DNA of 64,000 bases from Candidatus Bathyarchaeia archaeon (lineage in GTDB: Archaea > Thermoproteota > Bathyarchaeia > Bathyarchaeales > Bathycorpusculaceae). Shown here one piece after another: positions 1-10,628 of this stretch. The notes beneath the pieces are model-generated. The model made no database searches. It was not told where the DNA came from and worked only from the letters and a program-made list of their open reading frames with translations. Position numbers and translations under genes: made by a program. The DNA is taken from positions 32,001 to 96,000 of the forward strand of contig JBEKTQ010000005.1 of the NCBI GenBank assembly GCA_049515895.1. The letters are read 5' to 3'. Numbering within the stretch: the stretch's first letter is position 1; every line of letters starts with the position of its first letter.

Positions 1-463
1 ATCATCATTTTGACAACTGGTGTCTTGATGTTTTTGGTTACTCATACATTTATTACGGACCTAAATTAATTTCTTGCAGAACAACTAATTTCTTGGAGGA
101 AGTTGTGCGGGTGACATCTCCGCTTGGGGCAGGACTGAAATTCCATCGATTATATTTCTGCTAAATAATGGTATAAAACTGGTGACGAAGAAGCATTGTC
201 GCCTGCGTGCTAATACAGAAAAGGATTCAGCAGGCACCACAAGTAAATTATTGTATCAATATATAAATCTGGTTTAAATGCTTAAACTCGCCTAGTTGTT
301 ACTTGGGGAAGTAAGTTGGAAGTACAATATGCGTGCTTCAATGAATTCCTCGATCAGATGCCGCCTGCAATGGGCCAGAGAATACTCAAAACTGAATCAG
401 CGTCATTTGTTTGCAAACCCGCCTTATCGATGCTCACAAAACGTTTTCTTAATTGCCATGATT

Positions 464-2020
464 CTATGGGGCTTTCGAGACCTCAGCTTGATCAATGCTG
501 ATTCCTCGCCATTTAATCCTAAAGTTAAGTGCCACCAGCACATTGGCTGAATCATCTATTCCTTCTTCTTCGATGATTCTTGCTGCCTCCTTTAGTGACA
601 GCCTATCCGCTTGGCTAAGGGCTTCTTTGATTCTTCTTCCAATTTGGAAAAGCTTTTCATCACTAACCAAAACATCAGCCAACGCGACATAGCCGAAAGG
701 AGGATTAGCAATCAAGAAGGCTCTCGCAGCTTCTTCAGAGACGCCAATTCTCTTTGCGAAATCGCCAAAAGCAACTAGGGGTTCAGTAAATTTGATGGGC
801 AACCCCTCCAGAATCTTTATCTCCTGAGATTTGACTTCCTCGAACTTTGTTTCTAAATACCTCAGGATTGGAGCCAAAGGAATTTTGCGGCAATAATAAA
901 TCAAATCAAGCTGGGGGCGTTTTTCCAAGGCAGAGAGTTTTTCGCATGCCAAAGCCTCATTGACCAACAGAAGCATTTTTTCCTCCACTTGCTTTAGCTT
1001 TTCAATCTTCCTTAGCAGGTATTCTTTTGTCCAGAAACCAACAATTTCCAAGTAAATTCTGATGCCGGCTTTTTCAAGGGAGAAATCTGGGAGCATTATT
1101 TGTTTTCCAGCAGTTACAGGTTCAGGTTCCCTTTTCAACGTCCAGCCTGAAGATAGGGCTTGAAACTGGGAGGCGAAATCCGCTTCAATGGAACTATCGT
1201 AAGTTATAGTCGGAATGCACGGTTTTTTTAGCAGTGAAGCATGTTTTTGGCGTTCAATTTTAAAGTCGCAAATTTCATTTGTGAATCGCCAAAGAACTTT
1301 CGCTTTAACAATCCATTCGGAGTTTGCGACGATGACGGGTATAAGCTTGGCTATCCCCACTCCATACCTTCGAGTTAGCTTGAACAAGCTAGCCGGACCA
1401 TCTATTTTCACCCACACACCATTATCTTTGCTAACTTCATAGATTAACCCAAACTTTTTTACAGTGCGGAAGATGCCTTGCCAGTTGCCAGAGGCTGTAA
1501 AACTTAGTTCTGTGGCATCAAAAAGTAGCGTCTGGGTTAAACCCAAATTGTACTCTCCTATCAACTCAGAGGCTGAAGGCACTGTAAATTTTTCAAGAAC
1601 TAATTCGCCGTCCAAATCAGAATAAAAATCCTGCTCAACATCCTCCGCCGAGAGAGCCAACTCCGAAGCTACAAACTCTATTATTTTCTGTCGCTTCTGA
1701 GAAGTCGTAGGCAAGCCAAACCGTTCGGTAACTTGAAATATTCTTCTCCTTAGCTCAACTGGGTCAACTTTGCTGTGGCAGATGAAGGTGCTTTTTCGAT
1801 CAAGCAGCAAGGACAAAGCCCTAACAAAGCGGTACTCGTAACCTTTTTCTTCGAGCTCAGCCACCAAGGCTTTTAGGGTTTTCTTTTTTTCTCCAATATG
1901 CGTCTTATACGCTTCAATGAGGAAGTGCGCCGCCTTTTCGTTACTGCTGGAGGGTTTAGCGTAGCGAGGCGAAATCTCGCCTTTTCTCTTCCAGACTAAA
2001 AGCAAGTCACTTGGAAGCAT
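464..2020 (-). CDS. bax1: DUF790 family endonuclease (Bax1, XPB partner)
   Basis: 518 aa. Nuclease-like motifs REPEP..AG..MLPDF...YLEIVGFWT.EYL.RK and DGPASLFKLTRRYG. Directly downstream of an XPB helicase. Confidence 0.85.
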   Translation of the reverse strand: MLPSDLLLVWKRKGEISPRYAKPSSSNEKAAHFLIEAYKTHIGEKKKTLKALVAELEEKGYEYRFVRALSLLLDRKSTFICHSKVDPVELRRRIFQVTERFGLPTTSQKRQKIIEFVASELALSAEDVEQDFYSDLDGELVLEKFTVPSASELIGEYNLGLTQTLLFDATELSFTASGNWQGIFRTVKKFGLIYEVSKDNGVWVKIDGPASLFKLTRRYGVGIAKLIPVIVANSEWIVKAKVLWRFTNEICDFKIERQKHASLLKKPCIPTITYDSSIEADFASQFQALSSGWTLKREPEPVTAGKQIMLPDFSLEKAGIRIYLEIVGFWTKEYLLRKIEKLKQVEEKMLLLVNEALACEKLSALEKRPQLDLIYYCRKIPLAPILRYLETKFEEVKSQEIKILEGLPIKFTEPLVAFGDFAKRIGVSEEAARAFLIANPPFGYVALADVLVSDEKLFQIGRRIKEALSQADRLSLKEAARIIEEEGIDDSANVLVALNFRIKWRGISIDQAEVSKAP

Positions 2021-3370
2021 CTATGCTGCTCCTCCAATTTTTTGGTGACGCCTTCGACTCGTTCCCACTTCCATAGTTTCTTTGGAGATTAATTCTATTA
2101 GTCGGGCTATTTTGCCTTCTTTCTTTCTAAGCAGTCGTCCGAGTCTTTGAACATATTCTCTATTGCTCCCCGTTCCACCCAAAACTAAACCTACTGACGC
2201 ATCGGGCACATCGACACCCTCATCCAAAACCTGAGAAGTGACAACAACGGGGTATTTGCCGTTCCCAAAGTTTGATAATATTTCTCGCCGTTCTTCCCTG
2301 GGAGTCTGATGCGTTATCGCCGGAACCAAAAAGCGTAGACTAATCGTGTAAACTAGGTCGTTGTAAAGGGTGAAAATCAATATTCTCTCATTTTTGTAAG
2401 TCTCAAGCTGTTGGGCTAGCACATCTAATTTTGCCTCTGAGTTGACTGCAACTCTTATGGCTCGATTTCTTGCAAGTAGCGCTTCACGTGCTTTGGGATC
2501 TCTTCCCGTAATCATTATGAATTTTTGGAAGTCAGCCGGACTCTTCAGGGTAATTCTTCGCTGTCGAAGAAAACTTCTAAAGATCTCCATCTGGGAGTCG
2601 TAGATTTGCTGTTCTTGAGGTGTTAGTTCAACTGATATTTTCTCGTAAGTGTAGGGTGATAGGTGTTCTCCTGCAAGCTTTTCCACACCAACTGAATACA
2701 CCGGGTCTCCAATGAGTTGAGAAAGCAAAGAGTGTCTCTGATCGCTTCTTTCGTAAGTGGCCGTTAAGCCCATGCGGTATGGTGCAGTGAACATTTCGGC
2801 TATCTGCATATAACCTGTGGAAGCTAAATGATGTACTTCGTCGAAAACTAATAGCATGAACTTGTTGCCAAGCTGTTCCGCGTGTATGTAGGCTGAATCA
2901 TAAGTTGTAACAGTTACCATCCGCAAAGTGTTTTCGCCCCCACCGACAACACCCACTTCCAAGTTAAGGCAGTCCTTAACACGTTTTCTCCACTGATCAA
3001 TTAGATCCAATGTGGGAACCACAATCAACGTCTGCACTTTCAAGTGTTCAATTGCTTTTAATGCGATGAAAGTCTTTCCAGCTGCAGTAGGCAACACCAG
3101 AGCTCCTCGGTTGCGTGCTCGGTACCAATTGTCTAAAGCCTCATTTTGGTAATCTCTAAGCGCAACGCTACTTTTGAGCTGCTCAAGTGGAGGACGCACT
3201 GGAACATCATCTTGTAACTGAAATTTGCTTTCAGCCAAATACTCCAAAACGTCTCTGTAATGGTATGCCTTAATTCTGTAGCAGCCTACTCGTGGGTCCC
3301 ATTTTCCATATGGCGTCCCCACTTCGCCCTTCAAAAGAAGTGTACCTCTGTCAAACCATAAACGAAGCAT
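2021..3370 (-). CDS. xpb: XPB/Rad25-like SF2 DNA helicase
   Basis: LRDYQ, LPTAAGKT (Walker A), DEVHH, GLTAT, DEGVDVP and QRLGR motifs. ATG at 3370 preferred over the upstream start at 3394. Confidence 0.9.
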   Translation of the reverse strand: MLRLWFDRGTLLLKGEVGTPYGKWDPRVGCYRIKAYHYRDVLEYLAESKFQLQDDVPVRPPLEQLKSSVALRDYQNEALDNWYRARNRGALVLPTAAGKTFIALKAIEHLKVQTLIVVPTLDLIDQWRKRVKDCLNLEVGVVGGGENTLRMVTVTTYDSAYIHAEQLGNKFMLLVFDEVHHLASTGYMQIAEMFTAPYRMGLTATYERSDQRHSLLSQLIGDPVYSVGVEKLAGEHLSPYTYEKISVELTPQEQQIYDSQMEIFRSFLRQRRITLKSPADFQKFIMITGRDPKAREALLARNRAIRVAVNSEAKLDVLAQQLETYKNERILIFTLYNDLVYTISLRFLVPAITHQTPREERREILSNFGNGKYPVVVTSQVLDEGVDVPDASVGLVLGGTGSNREYVQRLGRLLRKKEGKIARLIELISKETMEVGTSRRRHQKIGGAA

Positions 3371-3675
3371 AACACTGAATCTAATTCTCACCAATTAAAC
3401 CTATATTAGAAACAGTAAGCAGTAGTGACGCAATTTTTATTCTACGTTTGCGACATTGTTTTTTGAATGCTAAAATCGCGTGTTTTCGTGTCTTTCTGAA
3501 TGCAATTATCCGCCTGTGGCGCAATTGCTCTTTGTCGCTTCATGAATTACTATCTCGACTGCTTCCTAGGGGAACGTCTAACTCTAAAAACTTTAGTTGT
3601 TCCTTCAGCAGTTTTTTTCTTGTTCTCATGGTTCGAATGGTTAATTTACTGCCTTGGGCATCGCTTGAATTGCAC

Positions 3676-4170
3676 TCAATTTATGCAGATGATTTCCAAG
3701 AGTTTGTTTTCTGTGAAGATGTCTCCATTGGCTTCTTTATTTGCTGAGTAAAGTACCCTTAGTTTAAATTGTTTATTTTTGCTTTTTATCTTAATTAGTG
3801 CCTTAAGCAAGGGCTTTTCTCTGTCTGTGAATTTCCTGATTCTTAATGCGTTTTTCAAACGTGTTTCTATTACATTTTGTTCAGTGGTTTGAATAATAAT
3901 CGAGACGAAAGCTAAGAAAATCACGGTGAGTGTCAAAAGTGTGAATACTTTATCTGTGTTGGTTGAGGTTATGAAGTTCAAAACCTCAACAATTGTAAAT
4001 GAGACTCCTACTGAGAACAATAAGGCTCCTTTCCAATTTGAGAAAATGTCTTGGGGTCTGATTACTTGTTTTTCATTTTCATCAATCCAATTAACAAGTT
4101 CAAGGATTTTATCCTCAGGTTGTTTAGGATTCTGTAACAAGTCCCTTTGCAGATTTTCTTTATCAGTCAT
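3676..4170 (-). CDS. Hypothetical membrane protein (2 TM)
   Basis: 164-aa ATG ORF with two hydrophobic segments in AT-rich DNA. Confidence 0.6.
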   Translation of the reverse strand: MTDKENLQRDLLQNPKQPEDKILELVNWIDENEKQVIRPQDIFSNWKGALLFSVGVSFTIVEVLNFITSTNTDKVFTLLTLTVIFLAFVSIIIQTTEQNVIETRLKNALRIRKFTDREKPLLKALIKIKSKNKQFKLRVLYSANKEANGDIFTENKLLEIICIN

Positions 4171-4244
4171 ATTTACCCCTGAGAAGCTATTCTATTCTGA
4201 ATGGCTTTAAGTTTTTGCGCGACGCTCCTGAACAAAGTCGGCCT

Positions 4245-4367
4245 ATATTTTTCCGTAGATTCTACAGTGAGGATGCTTCCTTTCTTAAATGGGCCGAAGA
4301 CGCATTCACGCATGAATGGGAGAAAGCAAACGCCTGCCCACCCACAAGGATTACCATAGAGTCATAA
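4245..4367 (+). pseudogene. Remnant resembling the C-terminus of an archaeal HTH/DUF1724-type regulator
   Basis: Manual translation IFFRRFYSEDASFLKWAEDAFTHEWEKA resembles the S.D..F..W..D.F...WE.A C-terminal pattern. No start or N-terminal part. Confidence 0.35.
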
Positions 4368-4791
4368 CTTTTGGTTGAACCCAACCTATAATTAGAGCAT
4401 GTTTATTCTGAACTACAATTGAAGTATGTGTATAAGATAAGCTGCGAAAATCGTTACCGATGAGGGCAAAACGACTGCATGACCATTTTGGCCCACACTG
4501 ATTCATTGAATGGCCATGTGCTGATCTACTGCAGATCTCGTCGAATGTTATCAATTGCAACCAGCTCGTTAACTAAGGAGGATTCTAAATGACTTTCACC
4601 TGTCGATTCAATCATTTCCATCACGCGGCTGTGCCTCTTCCTAACCCAGGTTAGCGCTCATTGTTTAGCAGTTGCCAGCTTAATCCTTAAGGCAAAGAGT
4701 GAACTTAGAAATATTTCTAGCCCAGTGAAACATCCTATGAAAGTGCAGGCTATGCGACAGCTATACGGTGTTGTCAATCCAAAATTGCCGT

Positions 4792-7700
4792 TTATTTAAC
4801 CGTAACCGAAGCAGTAGCAGCTGAAGTCACCTGAGCATTCGTAAGGTCAGTAACCACCAGCTTAAAGGTGAAGGAACCGGTTGCGGTGGTAACGTAGTCA
4901 AAGGCAGCCGTGGTCGCACCCGAGATGGCCGAGTAAGCGCCACCGGAGCTGATCATCCATTTGTAAGTGTACCCACCTGAACCAGTTGAAACGGCTGTGG
5001 AAGTCAAGTGAACCGTCTGCCCTAGATTTACCGTGACCGGAGAGGCTGAGGCAGTTGGAGCAACCAAGGCAGAATTCACAGTAACAGAAACCGCGTTAGA
5101 AGCGGAAGTTACCGGAGTAGAAGCACTATCAGTCACTTTACAAGTAATCGAATGCGAAGTTCCAGCAGCAGTATAAGAATAGCTTGCACTATTAGCGCCT
5201 GAAACTGCAGAGCCAGCCAGGTACCACTGATAACTCAGCGTTCCCGTGCCGCCACTAGCCGTAGCCGTAAATATCTGCACCTGACCAGCATCCATAGTAA
5301 GCGGACCTACAGGAGCGATACTCACAGTCGGCGAAGCAGCCACGGTAATTGTAACAGCGTTAGAAGCAGGAGAAGTAACCGGCATAGAAGCACTATCAGT
5401 CACCATGCAAGTAACCGAATATGAACCAACGGACCCGCTGAAAGAGTGAGTCGAAGCTGTTGCACCAGAAACAACAGACCCGGACAGATACCACTGATAA
5501 TGAATAGCACCTGAGCCGCCGCTGACAGTAGCCGTAAAAGTCTGAACCTGACCAACATCCAAAGTAAAAGGACCAACAGCGGCAACACTTACAGTCGGTA
5601 AAGCAGCCACTGTAACCAAAGGAGTATTTGATTGAACAGTAAACGGTGTGGAAGCACTGTCAGTCACCTTACAGTAAATTGTGGGTGAACCCGCTGAAGA
5701 TGTTGTAAAACTGTAACTTATGCCTGTTTGACCTGAAACAGCAGAACCATCAAGATACCATTGATAAGACAAGGAACCTGAACCGCCAGAAGCTGAAGCA
5801 GTAAACGTCTCAGATTGACCCACATCCATAGCCAAAGAAGAAGGCGACACACTCACAGTGGGAGCAGAATTCACCGTGACAGATGGCGCAGCGGACTGAG
5901 ACGAAAACCCACCCAAGCTATCAGAAACCGTCACAGTAATCGAGGGAGAACCAGCAGAGGAAGGAGAATAACTGAACGTTGAGGTAGTCTGGCCACTCTG
6001 AAGTGTAGAATCCACATACCATACATAAGACGAGTAAGTGCCTGAACCACCAGTGGGATTGGCAGTAAGCGTCTCAGATTGACCAACATCTATAGTCCAC
6101 GAAGACGGCGTTATCGAGACACTTGGACCAGAATTTACTACAATGGAAACCGCTGCAGACGTGACCACAGCTGGTGCGCCAGCGCTATCAGTCACTTTAA
6201 GCTCAAAACTCCAAGTTCCAGTTGCAGTAGAACTAGAAGTGACAAAAGAATAGGTAGATGAAATCGCACCACTAATCGACAAGTAAGAAACAGCACTAGG
6301 AGCCTCACTGAACCACTGATATGAGTAGGGCGAAGTACCTGTTGATACCGCGATAGAAGTCAAACTGGCAGTCTGACCCTGATCGACGGTACTTTTGGAG
6401 GCAGAAGCTGCCGGAGCAACCAAGGCAGAATTCACCGTAACCGAGACCACGTTAGAAGCAAGAGAAGTAACCGGAGTAGAAGCACTATCAGTCACTTTAC
6501 AAGTAATTGATGCAGAAGCTCCCGACGCAGTATAAGTATAACTTGAACTGTCAGTCCCGACCGTTGCAGAACCGACATACCACTGATAATGAATTGTACC
6601 AGAGCCACCAACAGAAGCGGCAGTATACTGCAAAGTCTGACCAGCATCCATTGTAAATGAACCTGCAGGTGCAATGCTCACAGTAGGCGAAGCGCTGACC
6701 ATAATTGTTACAATGTTGGAAACAGGAGAGGCAATCGGAGTAGGAGCACTGTCAGTCACTTTGCAGGCAACAGAATGCGAAGTTCCTGCAGCAGAATAAG
6801 AATAGTTTGGACTGTTTGTGCCAACCGCAGAGCCGTCTAAGTACCACTGATAAGATGGCGAACCTGAACCGCCGCTGACAGTAGCCGTAAACGTTTGAAC
6901 CTGACCAACATCCATCGTAAGCGGACCAAGGGGTGCGATACCCACAGTCGGAGATGCATTTACATTAACTGTCGCTGGAGAAGACAGGCTTGAAGTGCCA
7001 CCTAAACTGTCAGTGACAGCCACAGTAATCAAGTAAGAACCGAAGGAAGAAGCGACAAAATTAAACGTTGACGAAGTCCCAATAGACCGAGCAGACCCAT
7101 TCACAAACCACTGATAATCTGTGTAAGTACCCGAACCGCCCCCAGCAGTAGCTGTGAGAGTCTCGGACTGGCCAATATCCATAGTCCACGAAGCAGGAGA
7201 GACAGAAACAGTCGGAGCAGAGTTAACATTAACCACTAAAGCACTCGAGTTAATACATCCTCCATTACTATCGGTCACTTGAAGCTCAAAGCTCCAAGGC
7301 CCGATAGTCGTAGAACCTGAAGTAACAAAAGAATAGCTAGATGAAGTCGCACCACTAATCGACGAGTAAGAACCAGCGTTAGGAGCCTTCTGAAGCCACT
7401 GATAAGAGTAGGGAGAAGTTCCTGTCGTTACGGCGTTAGAAGTCAAACTTGAAGTCTGACCCCGATCAATCGCGTTTGGAGAATCTGACACAGTAAGAGC
7501 GCCCCAAGGCGGGTTTACTGTAATGTTGGTTTGAGAACCAGAAATAGATGACGACGGGGTATCTGTAGCCGTAATCGACTGAACGCCAATAGTGTTCAAA
7601 GTAACACCATTCGAAAACGTATGAACACCATTATCTGACAACTGGAACGTATAGTTAGAAGGCAACACAGCAGCTGCGTCCGACGAAGTAAAATGCATCA

Positions 7701-10113
7701 CACCACGATAACCGGTAGCCGTATTGTTGTATTGATCCTTAGCAACTACCGTAATATTGCCAGCAGAACCAGATAGGACGGGATTAGGAAAACCAGAAAC
7801 AACCAAAATTGAGGCTGAAGAAGGACTAACAGTAATAGCGCTACTTGTGTTTGATATGTTTCCATCAGTCGCTGTAAGTGTCTGCGATCTGGCGGTATAA
7901 AGCGTGAAACCTGAGAAGACATGAGTGCCATTATCCGCTGTTGTGAAGACATAGACATTGGTTAACGTGAAAGGCAAGGCAGCTTTGCTGTCACTTGAAG
8001 TGAAATAGATTTGGCCAGTATAATCATTTATGACGTTGTTATCAGCATCATACGCTGTCACTGTGACACCATCAAAACCCGAACCTGCAGTTTCAGAAGA
8101 TGGAACAGATATCGCGAAATGATCAAGAGCTACCAAATTGAAAGTGGTTGAACCAGAATTACCGCTTGAATCTGTCACATTAACTATCTTATGGCCTGTG
8201 GAGGATTGCGCAATAAATTTTGCGCCCGAAAATGAACCAGTCGAGTCGGTCGCAACATTTTGTGGAGAAGTAGATACTGTTGCTCCAGCAAATTGCACCA
8301 TTATGTTTGATTTCGCAGCAAAGCCTTCTCCAGATAGTGTCACTGAAGTGTTGTTGAGACCACGAATCGGAATAACACTGATTGAAGGGATAATAGCGAA
8401 ATTGATGTTTGCAAAGTTGACCCAATCGGTCGTCAATACCGTTTTTTCGCCTGCGGTGTCTGATGAAACATTAAAGGTTGCCTTGAAGCCGCCAGCCGCG
8501 TTCGTAGTCACATAGGAGGGATCTGTTGCTATTGGGCTCCCATCAAAGTTGATAGGTATGTTTGAATAAGAAATAAAGTTTGAACCCGTTACCGTGACCA
8601 ACGTTCCCACTGGACCGCTCGCAGGACTCAAAGTGATGCTAGAAGTCATGACAGTGAAAGTTGCAAAAGCAGAATTAGATGCACCATCCACGATAGTAAC
8701 AGTTTTGTCGCCTGCCGTTGAACCGGCGGGGATTATGAATGTGGTACCAGGAGGGATATTGCCCGACACATCAGTGGCGGCGGAACCGCTGAGGGATATC
8801 GGTGAGCCACTAAAAGTGGCTGAAAGCAAAGAGTTAGCGGCAAAACCGCTTCCAGAAACCCCAATTGTATCACCAGTTGGGCCACTTACGGCGGAAAGCG
8901 TGATGGCAGAACTACTCAGTTTCACAGCATCTGCCACAATAGCCCAAGCATAGTTTCCGTCAAAAGCGCAGTTTACTGACAAGCTGGTCAAGGGTCTAGT
9001 TGGATTACAGTATTCAGTCCAGACTGATCGTCCTTGGTCTTCAGGGGATGTATTGTCGAATGCACTTTGCACAGGCAACACCTGCGTGAAACCGGCTCCT
9101 GGTGTCACTGTAGGGTTTTGATTATCGACTTCTACGGCACCTATGACAAAATCATTTGCATTGGTAGTTGTTGTAAGAACGTTTGCTGTAGTTCCTGTAC
9201 CACGACTAGATTTGACAGATGTTTGAGGAGGCCCGTCAAAAGGCGAACGCGTGTTGACACCGCTAACTGCGAGTGCCACTACTGCCCAATTGTAATCAAA
9301 TACATCCTGCGGCGATGACAAACTATCAGTGATTGAAATTGTACCGCTAGAAGGCATAATGGCATACCAGGTTTCCAAGACTGCGTCACCTCCCGCATTG
9401 CCAGTTCCCGTGGATAGAGCTCTCTGACTCCAGGTTAAACTAGGAGTAGACCGAGGAGTAGTGGCTTTATCAGAATCATCGAATATTGCCGCCACATACA
9501 CCAAATCATTCGCTTTGGTTGTTGTAAGAGATAATGTCAAGCTACTAATACTACTATAAGTGGAGGCTTCCCCGTCTAATCCATTGGAATTTGAAGGACC
9601 TTTGTTAACCATTTGGGTAGTACTTGGGGAAGCCGCTATGGTGTTTCCTCTGGCTGTTAAGAACCAAAAAGTAAACTGGTCAGAAGATGACACGTTGGGG
9701 ATATTAACCGAATTGAAGTATTTAGTGATGCTTCCCGGCTGCAGGACGATCGATGAAGCTGAGTTGCCGACTGCGGAGTTCGTTAAGTCTTTAACCCATA
9801 ATCGAACTATTTGAGATGGAATGGGACCGTTATCTTCAATGGAGCAGCTTATGTAAACTATGTTGTTTCCCGGGAATGCCGCAGGTTTCACGATTGATAA
9901 AGTTGCCAGTTCTGTGCTCCGATCGGCCGCCATCTGCGCGACTTGACCCACGGTATCTTGATACGCAGTGTTTCTGTTATTATAAAAAGTGTAAACGTTG
10001 AAAAAGAGGAAAAGAATTACAAGAACTAGGAATATAGCAGATATTATGCCCGCATAGCCTTTTCGATTATTAATTAGTCTGTTGAAGGGTTTAGCACGAG
10101 AATGAATCATCAA
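4792..10113 (-). CDS. Giant pilin-like surface adhesin with class III signal peptide, IPT/TIG-like domains and 10 Ig/PKD-like repeats
   Basis: 1773 aa, S/T/G/A/V rich. N-terminal RKG|YAGIISAIFLVLVIL. Repeats of Y(Q/V/K)W...VTD(S). Last gene of the pilus operon. Confidence 0.85.
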   Translation of the reverse strand: MMIHSRAKPFNRLINNRKGYAGIISAIFLVLVILFLFFNVYTFYNNRNTAYQDTVGQVAQMAADRSTELATLSIVKPAAFPGNNIVYISCSIEDNGPIPSQIVRLWVKDLTNSAVGNSASSIVLQPGSITKYFNSVNIPNVSSSDQFTFWFLTARGNTIAASPSTTQMVNKGPSNSNGLDGEASTYSSISSLTLSLTTTKANDLVYVAAIFDDSDKATTPRSTPSLTWSQRALSTGTGNAGGDAVLETWYAIMPSSGTISITDSLSSPQDVFDYNWAVVALAVSGVNTRSPFDGPPQTSVKSSRGTGTTANVLTTTTNANDFVIGAVEVDNQNPTVTPGAGFTQVLPVQSAFDNTSPEDQGRSVWTEYCNPTRPLTSLSVNCAFDGNYAWAIVADAVKLSSSAITLSAVSGPTGDTIGVSGSGFAANSLLSATFSGSPISLSGSAATDVSGNIPPGTTFIIPAGSTAGDKTVTIVDGASNSAFATFTVMTSSITLSPASGPVGTLVTVTGSNFISYSNIPINFDGSPIATDPSYVTTNAAGGFKATFNVSSDTAGEKTVLTTDWVNFANINFAIIPSISVIPIRGLNNTSVTLSGEGFAAKSNIMVQFAGATVSTSPQNVATDSTGSFSGAKFIAQSSTGHKIVNVTDSSGNSGSTTFNLVALDHFAISVPSSETAGSGFDGVTVTAYDADNNVINDYTGQIYFTSSDSKAALPFTLTNVYVFTTADNGTHVFSGFTLYTARSQTLTATDGNISNTSSAITVSPSSASILVVSGFPNPVLSGSAGNITVVAKDQYNNTATGYRGVMHFTSSDAAAVLPSNYTFQLSDNGVHTFSNGVTLNTIGVQSITATDTPSSSISGSQTNITVNPPWGALTVSDSPNAIDRGQTSSLTSNAVTTGTSPYSYQWLQKAPNAGSYSSISGATSSSYSFVTSGSTTIGPWSFELQVTDSNGGCINSSALVVNVNSAPTVSVSPASWTMDIGQSETLTATAGGGSGTYTDYQWFVNGSARSIGTSSTFNFVASSFGSYLITVAVTDSLGGTSSLSSPATVNVNASPTVGIAPLGPLTMDVGQVQTFTATVSGGSGSPSYQWYLDGSAVGTNSPNYSYSAAGTSHSVACKVTDSAPTPIASPVSNIVTIMVSASPTVSIAPAGSFTMDAGQTLQYTAASVGGSGTIHYQWYVGSATVGTDSSSYTYTASGASASITCKVTDSASTPVTSLASNVVSVTVNSALVAPAASASKSTVDQGQTASLTSIAVSTGTSPYSYQWFSEAPSAVSYLSISGAISSTYSFVTSSSTATGTWSFELKVTDSAGAPAVVTSAAVSIVVNSGPSVSITPSSWTIDVGQSETLTANPTGGSGTYSSYVWYVDSTLQSGQTTSTFSYSPSSAGSPSITVTVSDSLGGFSSQSAAPSVTVNSAPTVSVSPSSLAMDVGQSETFTASASGGSGSLSYQWYLDGSAVSGQTGISYSFTTSSAGSPTIYCKVTDSASTPFTVQSNTPLVTVAALPTVSVAAVGPFTLDVGQVQTFTATVSGGSGAIHYQWYLSGSVVSGATASTHSFSGSVGSYSVTCMVTDSASMPVTSPASNAVTITVAASPTVSIAPVGPLTMDAGQVQIFTATASGGTGTLSYQWYLAGSAVSGANSASYSYTAAGTSHSITCKVTDSASTPVTSASNAVSVTVNSALVAPTASASPVTVNLGQTVHLTSTAVSTGSGGYTYKWMISSGGAYSAISGATTAAFDYVTTATGSFTFKLVVTDLTNAQVTSAATASVTVK
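4800..7500 (-). repeat. Intragenic tandem domain repeats (~260-290 bp units, 10 copies)
   Basis: Near-identical DNA blocks, e.g. ggagcaaccaaggcagaattcac...ccggagtagaagcactatcagtcactttacaagtaat near 5057 and near 6413. Confidence 0.85.
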
Positions 10114-10627
10114 AGTCCCTCCCGCTTCCTGTTATTATTCGAAGGGTATAGTAGCCAGAACTGAGGTTTGCCGAGGGTTTTACCGTGAAGTATCCTTCAT
10201 CGCCTTTGTTCAAGCTGTTCATCGATATGGCCGTTCTGTCGCTTATTCGGTAGAGCTGTCCGATATTATAGGTTCCAATGGGTTGGCTTGAACTGTTCCA
10301 CAAGTACAATCGATCCAATGTCACGCCGTTGCTTAGCCCAGAATTAACAACGTAAACTGTCAATTGATCGTTAGCACTTGAATAATTTACATATTCAAAA
10401 GCTATGCTTTCTTCAATTGAGTTTTGGCTGTTGCCTACTGTGTTGGCGTATTGTGTGTTGGCGATGTTGCCCCAAGAGTACGCCCAATACAGAACCGCGA
10501 TGCCGGCTGCTATTACTCCCGCGGTTATTATCATCGTTGTTAGGGCTACGCTTACCGCACGCTTGCCGAATAGGAAATTTCGTATAAATTTCGCTGGTTT
10601 TGAACGTCTGATTCTTTTTGTGTCCAT
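10091..10627 (-). CDS. Archaeal type IV pilin (minor)
   Basis: Class III signal KRA|VSVALTTMIITAGVIAAGIAVLYW. C-terminal YTLRIITGSG typical of archaeal pilins. Confidence 0.8.
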   Translation of the reverse strand: MDTKRIRRSKPAKFIRNFLFGKRAVSVALTTMIITAGVIAAGIAVLYWAYSWGNIANTQYANTVGNSQNSIEESIAFEYVNYSSANDQLTVYVVNSGLSNGVTLDRLYLWNSSSQPIGTYNIGQLYRISDRTAISMNSLNKGDEGYFTVKPSANLSSGYYTLRIITGSGRDFDDSFSC

Positions 10628-10628
10628 T

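Noticed and set aside
464-3370. Helicase-nuclease pair as a novel defence system
   Set aside because: Matches the known archaeal XPB-Bax1 repair module.
4800-7500. Possible diversity-generating retroelement TR/VR pair
   Set aside because: The repeats are in-frame domain duplications, differences are not confined to adenines, and there is no reverse transcriptase in the window.
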